DNA of 64,000 nucleotides from an uncultured bacterium. Lineage in GTDB: Bacteria > Auribacterota > Erginobacteria > Erginobacterales > CAZKCI01. Under the pieces are notes generated by a model. The model saw only the letters and a program-made list of their open reading frames with translations, was not told the DNA's origin and searched no databases. Every line of letters starts with the position of its first letter. Within the stretch, counting starts at the first letter, position 1. The position numbers were made by a program, and so were the translations under genes. The stretch is from contig CAZKCI010000023.1 of assembly GCA_964551475.1 (NCBI GenBank), positions 7,289-71,288 of the forward strand, read 5' to 3'. Below are positions 44,109 through 53,019 of this stretch, one piece after another.

Positions 44109-44319
44109 ATCAGAGTCGTTCGGTAAAACAACCGAACAACACCGTCACCTATCCCCACTCTCCCATTGTGGTAGAGGCCCGCCCCGCACTACGCGCTCAG
44201 GCGGGTAAACTTCCAGCCCCGAGAAACGCGCTTCCTGGTGAAAGCATACCACGCTATTTTTTCGCGGGATATCGATTTTTCGATGGGCGGATACGACCTC
44301 GCTTACTCGCCGAGCCGTC

Positions 44320-44510
44320 GCCATCCGCGATTATTCGCGCGTTATTCGCGGTTAATTTTTAGCCGGGCAGTCTCGGATCGCGGCGAGACAGATTCTTCTA
44401 GTCCATCGTGGGAGGGGCGTCTCGCCCCGATCCAGAGAGGCCGGCCCGGATCGCGGCAGGAATGCCGCTCCCACAGGTTCGGTGTCGCACCCAGAGGGCG
44501 TTCCCACAGT
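44320..44510. repeat. Composite repeat block: ATTCGCG units (cgcgattattcgcgcgttattcgcggttaatt) + family D hairpin (copy 2) + extra D half-site
   Basis: Lies in a 475-nt noncoding gap; gtgggaggggcgtctcgccccgatcc...ggatcgcggcaggaatgccgctcccaca then gggcgttcccacag. Confidence 0.7.
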
Positions 44511-44583
44511 TATTGTTCGTGAAAATTCCCGCCTTCGCCCTCCCGGGCTACGGCGGGCAGGCGTGCGAATTCGTGGAAATCTT

Positions 44584-47283
44584 TCAGCGAGCCGCCGACT
44601 GCCCCGGTTCCAGAAAGCGAAGCCTCATGTTCGTGACCACCGGGTTCGCCTTCGGCGCGCCTTTGCCGACCCCGTAGAACATCCACTCGGGGAAGAGATC
44701 GTCCGGCCAGCGGGCGTTCTCGCGGTAAACCATCGTCTGCGATTTCTCCGGCCAGGTCATCCCCACGAAGATGCTTTTCTCCGCCGTTTCGAACTCCCAG
44801 GAGGACCAGTCTCCCGCCTTTTCCCCCTGGAAGACCGGCGAGGAGGCGAGCAGGCGGTCGGGCTTTCCGTCGTTGTCCGAGTCGGCGTAGACCGCCATGC
44901 TGAAGGCGCCTTCCGCTCCGGAGGCGGCGTGGGCGATCTCCAGAAGCATCCGATTCCCCTTCCGGCGCGCCGGGTTCACCTCCCAGAGAGCGAGGTGGTA
45001 ATAGGAGGCGACGTGGGTCTTCTTGGTCAGATAATCGCCGCTCCTCACCGCCACCGGATAGGAAACGGAGGGGGGAGGATCGCGGCGGTGGTTGAGAAAG
45101 ATCCGGTAGCGGCCGGTCTGCCGGCCGGACGCGGGGGAGAGGTCCGTTCCGAAGCTCTTCCCCCCCTCCGCATAGGAACTCGCGCCGGGGAGCACCGTCG
45201 CTTTCCGCCAGAGACGCCAGTCGTCCTCGACCAGATAGCGGTAGAGGGAGAGTTCGGAGGGAGACTGGGAGAAGGTGGGGATAAAGGCCGAGGCGGGACC
45301 GTCCGCGGACGGGTAATCGCCGTAGAGGTCGACCCAGGAGTCCCGGGAAGCCCCCAGCGGCTCCAGCTTCACATCGACCGTGATCTCCTTTTTGCCGACG
45401 AGAGTCGCGGGATCGAGCGGGACGGTGAACCACTGACCCACCTCGCTCAGGTGCCGCGCCTGCCCCCGGTGGTCCACCTGCTCCCTCAGGTAAATCGGGA
45501 AGGCCCTCCTCTGGGCAATGTAGGAATCGGAGTCGGCGGAGAGGCCCCGCTCGAAACGGCGAACGAGCTTTCCGTCCACCATGACCAGGAGGTCATAGTC
45601 CCGCCCGGGGCCGGAGACGAGGTCGAGCTTGAGTTCCGCCCCCTTCCAGGACAAAGCCTCCGCGGGAAGGGTGATGGTCTGGGTCGCCGTCTGTCCGGAG
45701 TGGAAGAGGCGCAGGGACCATTCCTGCCCGAAGGGATGGAGCGAGATCGCGCAGAGATACAGCGGGACGGAGACGAGCGCCGGGAGAAGAACGGCCGCCC
45801 ACCTCCGTGAGCCCGTGAGCGCGGCGCGATAGGCGAGAAACATGATCGGGCCGGGAGAGAGCAGCCCAAGAACGACCAGGGCGACATGGAGGCGATAGGC
45901 CGCGCTAAATTCCAGATTTGGGGAAAAGGCGAGGAGGCGGGAGGGAAGCGAGAGACGGCTCAAGGCCAGCAGCAGCCCGGCCAGGATCAGGCAGAGCAGC
46001 AAAGGCAGACGCAAGGGCATCTCCTTCTTCCAGAGCTGGATGGATCCCCGCCCCAGGCGATAGACGACGTGGACCCCGGCCGCAATCATGAACGGGATGG
46101 CGGGGAGGGTATAGCGGGCTTCGGCGTCGGCGAGGAAGCAGAGCGCCCAGGTATAAAGGCAGGCGGCGAGAAATGGCCAGGCCGCCGGACCGAGGCCGAG
46201 CAGGGAAGCCAGCCCCCAGAAGCCCAGGAAGAGGACAGCGCGATTCAGGATGTCCATCCCTTCCGGGGAGAGAAGATAGCTCTGGAGGAAATCGTTGTAG
46301 GCCCTTTTCCAGAAGATCCCCGCCTTGCCGAGAATGACCGGGGCGACCGAACCGGGATCGGAGAGGATGAGTTCGGCGACGGTTTTAAGGTAGACGTCGT
46401 CCGCGGACAAACGCCCCCGCGCCTCCCGGCGGACGCGGGAGAAGACCTCCCCCCCCGGGTCGGAGTCGGTCTGGTAGCCCTGGTTGGGGGGATAGACTCC
46501 GCAATACATCGCCAGGCCGTTCTTCCAGGAGCCGCTGATCAGGCGCCGGTGGTGCTTGTCCACTTGAGGGGTGAAGGAAAGACGGGGGACGATGATCAGG
46601 GCGAAGCCGGCGAGAAAGGGGAGCGAGCGGAGGAACCATCGCTTCTTCTTCCCCACCTTGAGGCCGACCAGGACCAGGGGGAAGAAGACCAGGGAGGAGA
46701 ACTGAAAGAAGGTCCGGGAGACGGTGAGAAAGGCGGTGGCCACGCCCGCGAAAAATATCGCCGCGAGCGACCCCCGCGCCAGGGAGAGGGTGAGAAGCCA
46801 GGAGACCAGCAGGAGCAGAAAAATCGCGACGGTTTCGGTGAGGAGCCTGCCTTCGGAGAGGATAAAGGGCGGATAGACCGCGGCGACGAGGAGGGCGGGG
46901 AGGGCGATCCTCTTGCCGAGGAGGCGGGCGGTCACGGCGAAGAGGAGCAGGAGAGAGAGCGTCCCCAGGACGGCCTGGGCGATCCGGGCGGCGGGGAAGT
47001 TCGATCCCCAGAAATAATAAACCACGCTCAGGAAGAGGGGATAGACCTCGCCCTTGTCCAGGGCCATCTCATAGCCCCGGAAGAAATGCCGTCGGAAAGC
47101 CTCGGGATCGGAGACCGACTTCCAGGCTTCGTAAAACTCCCGGGCCTGGAGGCTGTAGCCGGCGGCGTCCCAGACCACCGGAAGCTGGCGCTCGTGGATG
47201 AGAAAGTTGAGCCTGAGCAGAAAAGCCCCGGCCAGGAGCAGCAGCACGAGCAGCGCGGTGATGAGCTTTTCGCCGATCTTCAC
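44584..47283 (-). CDS. GT-C (ArnT/PMT_2-like) membrane glycosyltransferase with large C-terminal periplasmic domain ending in a conserved ~120-aa module shared with 56364..58592 and 58739..60799
   Basis: N-terminal VVWDAAGYSLQAREF (DE/DA loop motif), ~13 TMs; C-terminal ...SMAVYADSDNDGKPDRLL...GDWSSWEFE...FVGMTW...MFYGVG...PVVTNMRLRFLEP. Confidence 0.65.
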   Translation of the reverse strand: MKIGEKLITALLVLLLLAGAFLLRLNFLIHERQLPVVWDAAGYSLQAREFYEAWKSVSDPEAFRRHFFRGYEMALDKGEVYPLFLSVVYYFWGSNFPAARIAQAVLGTLSLLLLFAVTARLLGKRIALPALLVAAVYPPFILSEGRLLTETVAIFLLLLVSWLLTLSLARGSLAAIFFAGVATAFLTVSRTFFQFSSLVFFPLVLVGLKVGKKKRWFLRSLPFLAGFALIIVPRLSFTPQVDKHHRRLISGSWKNGLAMYCGVYPPNQGYQTDSDPGGEVFSRVRREARGRLSADDVYLKTVAELILSDPGSVAPVILGKAGIFWKRAYNDFLQSYLLSPEGMDILNRAVLFLGFWGLASLLGLGPAAWPFLAACLYTWALCFLADAEARYTLPAIPFMIAAGVHVVYRLGRGSIQLWKKEMPLRLPLLLCLILAGLLLALSRLSLPSRLLAFSPNLEFSAAYRLHVALVVLGLLSPGPIMFLAYRAALTGSRRWAAVLLPALVSVPLYLCAISLHPFGQEWSLRLFHSGQTATQTITLPAEALSWKGAELKLDLVSGPGRDYDLLVMVDGKLVRRFERGLSADSDSYIAQRRAFPIYLREQVDHRGQARHLSEVGQWFTVPLDPATLVGKKEITVDVKLEPLGASRDSWVDLYGDYPSADGPASAFIPTFSQSPSELSLYRYLVEDDWRLWRKATVLPGASSYAEGGKSFGTDLSPASGRQTGRYRIFLNHRRDPPPSVSYPVAVRSGDYLTKKTHVASYYHLALWEVNPARRKGNRMLLEIAHAASGAEGAFSMAVYADSDNDGKPDRLLASSPVFQGEKAGDWSSWEFETAEKSIFVGMTWPEKSQTMVYRENARWPDDLFPEWMFYGVGKGAPKANPVVTNMRLRFLEPGQSAAR

Positions 47284-48707
47284 CGGTTGGTGGACCCCGT
47301 CTTGTAATCGAGATAGGAGATCATCTTTTCGTAGAAACGCTTCGGGTCGTTCCCGGCCAGGGCTTCCTCGGCGGCGAGGAGCCCCATCTCCATGCTGTCA
47401 TGGATGTCGGTGTTGAGGAAAAGGCCCTGGCGGCCGGTGGCGAAGAGGTTGCGGATTTCGGAGAGGGGGGAGATCACCCTCTTCAGCCGCTCTTCGTAGG
47501 CGAGATCGTAGACCGGGTAGGCGTCTTTCACCCGGACAACCTGGTACTCGGAGATCGCCCGGCCCTTCAGCGCCGGGATCCGGACGGCGTCGGAACGGGC
47601 GATCCCGAAGATCCCCTCGTCGGTGGAGGACCAGCGGGCGTCCCCTTCGTCGGCGCAAAGCTCGAACGCGATCATCGTCCGGTCGGCCGGGACGGGAACG
47701 GCCAGCAGGTTCTTCGGCTCGCAGTAGCGGTTGCAGCGGAAGGAGGGATCGAGCAGGTAGACCCAGTGGGCGGTGGAAGTCTGAGCGACGGGCAGGATGG
47801 TGTTGCAGAGGATCAGCGCCCGGTAGCGCATCAGCTGTCCCTCCCGAAAGCATTCCTCCGGGAGCGAGGATTTAAAGACGGCGGTGAGGGCGTTCAGGGG
47901 GATGGTGGAGAGAAGGCCGGCGCAGGGGAGATCGAACTCCCGGCCTTCCCGGCGGATCCGGACGGAGACCACCCTTTCGCCTTCGACGCGGGCCGACACC
48001 GGTTCGCTCCGGAGCCAGACCTCTCCCCCCTCCTTCCGGAGAGCGGCGGCCATGTTCTCGAAGATGATCCCCATCCCTTCCTCCGGGTAGTAGAACTCCT
48101 TCCAATAGGTCGCCTGCTCCTGACCCCGGCCGCCCAGAAGCTTGATGATGACATCCTTGAGGTTGAGCTTGTTGAGCTTCTGGCTGGCCAGGCGGACCGA
48201 GAGGCGGGAGGCGGGGACGCCCCAGAGACGCTCGGTGTACTGGCCGAAGCAGAGGTGGTAGAGGGTCCGGCCGAAGCGGCGGATCCCCCAGGTGCGAAAA
48301 GAGTCGTCGGGGCGGGGGAAGATCCGGAACTGCAGCGTGGTGAAGAGAAAATCGAGAAGCATGCGGGCGGAAAAGAACGGGTTCAACCCCTGGATCAACT
48401 GCCAGAACTTGAGCGGGTAGTCGAAGAACTTTCCCCGGATCAGCATCCGGGTGTTGATGATCTTGGCCGGGAGCGGAGAGGGCGAGTAGGAGCGGAGGAT
48501 CTCGTCGATCCGGTCGTGCTTGACGTGGTAGACGTGGGGGCCGTACTCGGCGATGAAGCCGTTCCAGCGGGGCGAAGCGGAGAGCCCCCCGACCACGGCC
48601 GCCTTCTCCACCACTACCGCCTTCTTCCCCGCCCGGAGGAGGGCGCGGGCGGCGGTGAGGCCGGCGGGACCGGCGCCGAGAATGATAAATGGCAAATCGC
48701 CGGTCAT
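47280..48707 (-). CDS. FAD-dependent oxidoreductase, UDP-galactopyranose mutase (Glf)-like
   Basis: FIILGAGPAGLTAA dinucleotide-binding motif; GGLSAS...YGPHVYHV and later blocks roughly colinear with Glf (GGN...YGAHIFH); 4-nt overlap with the upstream GT-C gene. Confidence 0.5.
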   Translation of the reverse strand: MTGDLPFIILGAGPAGLTAARALLRAGKKAVVVEKAAVVGGLSASPRWNGFIAEYGPHVYHVKHDRIDEILRSYSPSPLPAKIINTRMLIRGKFFDYPLKFWQLIQGLNPFFSARMLLDFLFTTLQFRIFPRPDDSFRTWGIRRFGRTLYHLCFGQYTERLWGVPASRLSVRLASQKLNKLNLKDVIIKLLGGRGQEQATYWKEFYYPEEGMGIIFENMAAALRKEGGEVWLRSEPVSARVEGERVVSVRIRREGREFDLPCAGLLSTIPLNALTAVFKSSLPEECFREGQLMRYRALILCNTILPVAQTSTAHWVYLLDPSFRCNRYCEPKNLLAVPVPADRTMIAFELCADEGDARWSSTDEGIFGIARSDAVRIPALKGRAISEYQVVRVKDAYPVYDLAYEERLKRVISPLSEIRNLFATGRQGLFLNTDIHDSMEMGLLAAEEALAGNDPKRFYEKMISYLDYKTGSTNR

Positions 48708-48728
48708 CTGCAGCCCCCGGTCTGACTA

Positions 48729-48795
48729 TTGTGGGAGGGGCATTCTTGCCCCGATCCAGGCCGACCCGGATCGCGACAGGAATGTCGCTCCCACA
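48729..48795. repeat. Family D hairpin repeat, copy 3
   Basis: tgtgggaggggcattcttgccccgatccaggccgacccggatcgcgacaggaatgtcgctcccaca. Confidence 0.75.
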
Positions 48796-48834
48796 GAAGG
48801 GCAAGACAAGACACGCGCCACGGCGTTTGGATCA

Positions 48835-49563
48835 TCACCACGCCCCGATCCGGATCAGGAAAGCCCGCCAGGCGATGGAGGCGCCGGTGGTGACGATGGA
48901 CTGGAACTCCTGGAACCCCGTCCCGTGGCCGGATTGGCCCCCCTGGCGGCTCAGATACTTCACCGGGATCTGGACTATGCGCAGACCCGCCCGGGCCGCG
49001 CGCATGACCACCTCCATCTCATAGACAAACCGGTTGTCCTGGAAGCGGATCTTCCAGATCGCCTCGCGCGTCCAGGCCTTCATCCCGGTGGTCACGTCGC
49101 TGATCCCGGTTCCCGCCATCCCGGAGATGAAGCGGTTCAGGATTTTGTTCCCCACGTCGCGGAAGAAGCTGAAGGTGTAGCCGGTCCGGTCGGCCCCCTT
49201 CAGGAAACGGGAGCCGACGACCAAGTCCGCCCTTCCTTCCCGCAGGGGGGCGAGCATCGCCGGGATGTCCTCGGGCGCGAACTGGAGATCGGCGTCGAAC
49301 TGGATCTGGAGGGGATGGGAGGCGAGCGAGATCCCCACCTTGATCGCATGGCCCTTGCCGGAGTCGCCGTAGTTCTCCAGCACCCGCAGGCGCAGGCAGT
49401 CGTGGGTCCGGGCGAACTCGCGCGCGAGCGCCGCCGTCCGGTCGCGGCCGCCGTGGATGATCAGGACCTCCGCGCCGGGGACGACGGCGGAGAGCCTCTC
49501 GAGGCAGGAGACGATCGTCCCCTCCTCGTTGAAGGTGGAGATGATCACCGAGAGATCGTTCAT
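48835..49563 (-). CDS. GT2 polyprenyl-phosphate sugar synthase (DPM1/GtrB-like)
   Basis: (M)NDLSVIISTFNEEGT...LIIHGGRDRT...QFDADLQFAPEDI...VVGSRF; start chosen at internal ATG 49563. Confidence 0.75.
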   Translation of the reverse strand: MNDLSVIISTFNEEGTIVSCLERLSAVVPGAEVLIIHGGRDRTAALAREFARTHDCLRLRVLENYGDSGKGHAIKVGISLASHPLQIQFDADLQFAPEDIPAMLAPLREGRADLVVGSRFLKGADRTGYTFSFFRDVGNKILNRFISGMAGTGISDVTTGMKAWTREAIWKIRFQDNRFVYEMEVVMRAARAGLRIVQIPVKYLSRQGGQSGHGTGFQEFQSIVTTGASIAWRAFLIRIGAW

Positions 49564-49595
49564 GGCGGGACAGATGTGTTGGAGCGACACAGAAA

Positions 49596-49715
49596 CGGAG
49601 TACTGGAGTACTGGAGTAATGGAGTGTTGAAAAGACTCCGGCTTCGCTTCCCATTACTCCAATGCTCCATCACTCCATTGTTTTGTTTCATTTCATCACT
49701 CCACCACTCCCTTAC
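49596..49715. repeat. Family B heptamer-hairpin repeat, copy 2
   Basis: ggagtactggagtactggagtaatggagtgttg ... cccattactccaatgctccatcactccattg ... cactccaccactcccttactcc. Confidence 0.8.
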
Positions 49716-50734
49716 TCCTTTTGTTTTCTATCGGGGACCGGCAGTTTCTCCGGATCGTAGAAGACGATCTGCGACCCCTGCCGCTCGAAGCTGAAGTCCA
49801 CCTCGAGGAGCGAGGAGAGGGCCCGGCGCACGCCCTCCTGGGCCGGGGGTTCGGCGTAGAGGAGAAGGAATCCGCCCCCGCCCGCCCCCAGAAGCTTGCC
49901 GCCCACCGCGCCGGCGCTCAGGGCCGCTCCATACATGGCGTCGATCGCGGGGCTGGTGACGCCGGTCCCCAGGGATTTCTTAATCTTCCAGGACTCGCCC
50001 AGCAGGCCGCCGAATTCCTTGAGTTTCTCCCTGCCTCCTCCGAGCAGGTCCCTCCCCTGCGCGGCCAGCGCCGACATCGTCTTCAGGTAAGCGGTGTTGT
50101 CCCCGATCGCCCGCACGTGGCGCTTCTGGATGTTGTCCGAGTAGCGCTGGATCCCGGTGTAGAAGAGGAGCAGGTTGTTTTCCAGTTCCCGGAGAGCTTC
50201 CGGAGAGCAGACCAGCGGCTCCACCCTCGCCTCGTCCCGGCCCTTGAACTCGATGTAGTTGAAGCCGCCGCAGGCGGCGGCGTACTGGTCCTGGAAGCCC
50301 ACGCTCTCCTTGATCAACTCCCGCTCGATGGTCACCGCCTCGGCGGCGAGGCGCTGGGCGGAGACCCGGGTCGAGCGATAGGCGTAGAGGGCGTTGAGGA
50401 GGCCGACCACGAAGGAGGAGGATGTCCCCAACCCCGTCCGGGCGGGCAGATCGGAGAAGTAGTTGATCTCGACGTGGGAGGTGATCCCCATAAATTCGAG
50501 ACAGGCCCGGACCGCCGGGTGCTCGATCTCGGAGACCTGGTGGAGAAGCTCGGTCTTGGAGTAGGAGACCTTGATCCGGTAGTCGAAGAAATCGCTCAGG
50601 TAGCTGACGGTGAGATAGCAGTATTTGTCCACCGTGGTGGAGAGGACCGCCCCCCCGTGGCGGGAGAAGTGCTCCGGGAAATCGGTTCCGCCGCCCAGGA
50701 AGCTGATCCGGACCGGTGTCTGAGAAATGATCAT
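49712..50734 (-). CDS. GHMP-family sugar kinase (D-glycero-D-manno-heptose 7-phosphate kinase HddA-like)
   Basis: PVRISFLGGGTD, GHMP motif PARTGLGTSSSFVVG, C-terminal GAGGGGF. Confidence 0.75.
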   Translation of the reverse strand: MIISQTPVRISFLGGGTDFPEHFSRHGGAVLSTTVDKYCYLTVSYLSDFFDYRIKVSYSKTELLHQVSEIEHPAVRACLEFMGITSHVEINYFSDLPARTGLGTSSSFVVGLLNALYAYRSTRVSAQRLAAEAVTIERELIKESVGFQDQYAAACGGFNYIEFKGRDEARVEPLVCSPEALRELENNLLLFYTGIQRYSDNIQKRHVRAIGDNTAYLKTMSALAAQGRDLLGGGREKLKEFGGLLGESWKIKKSLGTGVTSPAIDAMYGAALSAGAVGGKLLGAGGGGFLLLYAEPPAQEGVRRALSSLLEVDFSFERQGSQIVFYDPEKLPVPDRKQKE

Positions 50735-50771
50735 GAGATTGAAATTCAGCCAATTTCGAATGCGCGGAAGA

Positions 50772-50840
50772 TCTGTAGGCCGGTTCTGTGAACCGGCGGC
50801 CAGGCCCCGTCGCGCCCGATCACAGATCGGGCCTACAGAA
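50772..50840. repeat. Family H REP-like palindromic element (TGTAGGCCGGTTCTGYGAACCGGCGGCCAGG...GGGCCTACAGAA), copy 1
   Basis: Nested palindromes tgtaggcc/ggcctaca and ccggttc/gaaccgg; second copy at 60840. Confidence 0.75.
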
Positions 50841-51657
50841 AGCTCGCCTCAGCAGGGCGCCCTCTGGCTTGGAGTGATAAATAGTTTTTGATTGTATCAA
50901 TAGTTCTCGGGACTGCGCAATAGCCCACAAGCTTTTCGTTGTTGATCTCGTAGGCCTCCCGGGGAACGGAGGGGGAAGCGTAGCGTAGGGGCTTTTTCAG
51001 CATTTCCCGGATCTCCCGGATCGTCACCGTCCCCGTCCCGCAGAGGTTGACGGTCTCGCCCCAGATCCCTTTCCCGGCCAGTTCCAGAGCGGACTGGGCC
51101 GCAAAGTCGACCGGGAGATACTGATAGCGGGAATCCTCATGGACCCGCAGGGGGCGAGCGTTGATCAAGTCGAAAACCGGATTCTTCTTCAGGCCCGGTC
51201 CCAGCACGCCGCCCAGGCGCACGATCAGCCGGCGGGGAGCGTAGCGGCGGACCAGGAGTTCGCCCAGGTATTTGTGCAGGCCGTAGGGAGAGAGACGGTC
51301 GCCGTCGATCGGCGCCTCCTCGCGGTTGTTTTCCGGGTTTTCGTGGTCGGGATAGACGTCGATGGTGGAAACGTGGAGATATCCGCGGAAGCGGAAGTCG
51401 TGGAGCGCCTGGAGAACGGAGACGACGGAAAGCTCAAACTCCTCGAGCGGCTTCTCGGCGGCGAGATACTTCCTGGAGTTCCCGTCGGCGTTGACCAGCA
51501 GATCGCACTCCTTCCCCCGGAAAGAGGCGTAGTCGTCGAGATCGACGCATTCGGCCGCCAGGCCTTTTTTTTGCGCCGCCCGCAGGAAGGCCGAGCCGAC
51601 GAAGCCCTTGCCGCCCAGAACGAAGATTTTCCTGAGATTATTCATTCGTAAGTTCAA
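50833..51657 (-). CDS. NAD(P)-dependent sugar-nucleotide reductase/epimerase, RmlD-like short SDR
   Basis: KIFVLGGKGFVGSAF, ...SPYGLHKYLGE (YxxxK), ~274 aa. Confidence 0.6.
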   Translation of the reverse strand: MNLRMNNLRKIFVLGGKGFVGSAFLRAAQKKGLAAECVDLDDYASFRGKECDLLVNADGNSRKYLAAEKPLEEFELSVVSVLQALHDFRFRGYLHVSTIDVYPDHENPENNREEAPIDGDRLSPYGLHKYLGELLVRRYAPRRLIVRLGGVLGPGLKKNPVFDLINARPLRVHEDSRYQYLPVDFAAQSALELAGKGIWGETVNLCGTGTVTIREIREMLKKPLRYASPSVPREAYEINNEKLVGYCAVPRTIDTIKNYLSLQARGRPAEASFL

Positions 51658-51694
51658 TCAGCAAACAACGATCAGTTACTGCTCACTGCTATTC

Positions 51695-51861
51695 CGTGGG
51701 AGCGACATTCTTGTCGCGATCCGGGCGAGTGGGGATCGCGGCAGGAATGCCGCTCCCACAGATGGCCTGGAGAGCGCGTTAGAATACTCCCGCAGCTATT
51801 CGCGAGAATTCGCGGTTAATTCTTGGGCCGGGCCGGATCGGGGCGAGACGCCCCTCCCACA
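51695..51861. repeat. Family D hairpin repeat copy 4 (perfect hairpin) + ATTCGCG units + reverse-oriented D half-site
   Basis: gtgggagcgacattcttgtcgcgatcc-gggcgagtgg-ggatcgcggcaggaatgccgctcccaca; ctattcgcgagaattcgcggttaatt; ggatcggggcgagacgcccctcccaca. Confidence 0.75.
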
Positions 51862-51866
51862 AAAAG

Positions 51867-52847
51867 CTAAAGACGAACGGTCCCCTTATCGTAGTTGGCC
51901 GCGAACCAGCCGACGGTCTTCTGGAGGCCGTCCCGGAGAGAGGTGGGGCAATCGAGGCCGAGGGCTCTGAGCTTCTCGTTGGAGAAGATCTTGAAGAGCT
52001 TACCGTCCGGCTTCGCTGTGTTCCAGGCGATCCGCCCCGTATAGCCGGTGAGTTCCCGGGTCATCTCCGCCAGATCCCGGATGGAGGTGGATTGACCGGT
52101 GGAAAGGTTGATCGGCTCCGGCAAGTCGTAGTTTTCCAGGAAGTAGGGGAAGAGGGCGGCGACGTCGGCGGCGTAGACGAAGTCGCGGGTCGGTTTCCCG
52201 CTCCCCCACATCGTCACTTCCGGACTCCCCGCGCGCTTCGCTTCGAAAAACTTGCGGATGGTGGCGGGGATGACGTGAGCGTCGCGCAGGCTGAAGTTGT
52301 CGTATTCGCCGTAGACGTTCCCGGGGATCAAAACGACGGCGCGGAACCCGTATTGGCGGCGGTAGGCCTCCGACTGGATGATCGCCATCTTCTTCGCCGT
52401 CGAATAGGGGGCGCTTTCGAGAGTCGGGAGCCCTTCCCACATCTGGTTCTCGGAGATTGGCGAGGAAGCCGCGGCCGGATAGCTGCAACCGCCCATGACG
52501 TTGACGATCCTTTTCGCCCCCGCCTTCCAAGCCTCATGCAGGGTGAGCGTGATCATCATCAGGTTGCGGTAATAGAAGTCGGCCGGAAATTCCAGGTTCG
52601 CCCCGATCCCGCCGACATAGCCGGCCAGGGCCACCACCCAGTCGGGGCGGTGGTCCCGGAGCATCTGGCGCGCGGAGGCCTGATCGGTGAGGTCGTAGTC
52701 CTTCGCGGAGACGCCGATCACCGCCCCTTTCCCGTAGCGGGCAGAGAGGACCGGGACAACATGGCGGCCGAGAAAACCCGAGGCGCCGGTGACGAGGATC
52801 CGCGACGGTCGGTCGGGGGGGACGGACGTGGAACGGTCAGAGGTCAT
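51867..52847 (-). CDS. GDP-L-fucose synthase-like (GDP-4-keto-6-deoxy-mannose 3,5-epimerase/4-reductase, Fcl/WcaG family)
   Basis: RILVTGASGFLG, DYDLTD, ...SAPYSTAKKM (YxxxK); start at ATG 52847; the listed ORF begins 5 codons upstream at a GTG. Confidence 0.7.
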   Translation of the reverse strand: MTSDRSTSVPPDRPSRILVTGASGFLGRHVVPVLSARYGKGAVIGVSAKDYDLTDQASARQMLRDHRPDWVVALAGYVGGIGANLEFPADFYYRNLMMITLTLHEAWKAGAKRIVNVMGGCSYPAAASSPISENQMWEGLPTLESAPYSTAKKMAIIQSEAYRRQYGFRAVVLIPGNVYGEYDNFSLRDAHVIPATIRKFFEAKRAGSPEVTMWGSGKPTRDFVYAADVAALFPYFLENYDLPEPINLSTGQSTSIRDLAEMTRELTGYTGRIAWNTAKPDGKLFKIFSNEKLRALGLDCPTSLRDGLQKTVGWFAANYDKGTVRL

Positions 52848-52862
52848 AGGGAAGAGCCACAC

Positions 52863-53010
52863 TGGAGTAATGGAGTGTTGGAGTAAATGAGCACAGGAGT
52901 AATGGAGTGTTGGAGTAATGGAGTACTGGAAAACATGGCCTCGCGGCCCATTACTCCACTACTCCATTACTCCACATTGTTCCCTACTCCATTACTCCAA
53001 TTCTGCATCA
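52863..53010. repeat. Family B heptamer-hairpin repeat, copy 3
   Basis: ctggagtaatggagtgttggagtaaatgagcacaggagtaatggagtgttggagtaatggagtactgg ... cccattactccactactccattactccacattg...ctactccattactccaattc. Confidence 0.8.
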
Positions 53011-53019
53011 CTCCGATTT

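Noticed and set aside
44099-44522. Short plus-strand ORFs (87 and 94 aa) in the 475-nt gap upstream of mntA
   Set aside because: Composed of repeat-family D/ATTCGCG sequence with no RBS or domain. The gap is better explained as accumulated intergenic repeat elements.
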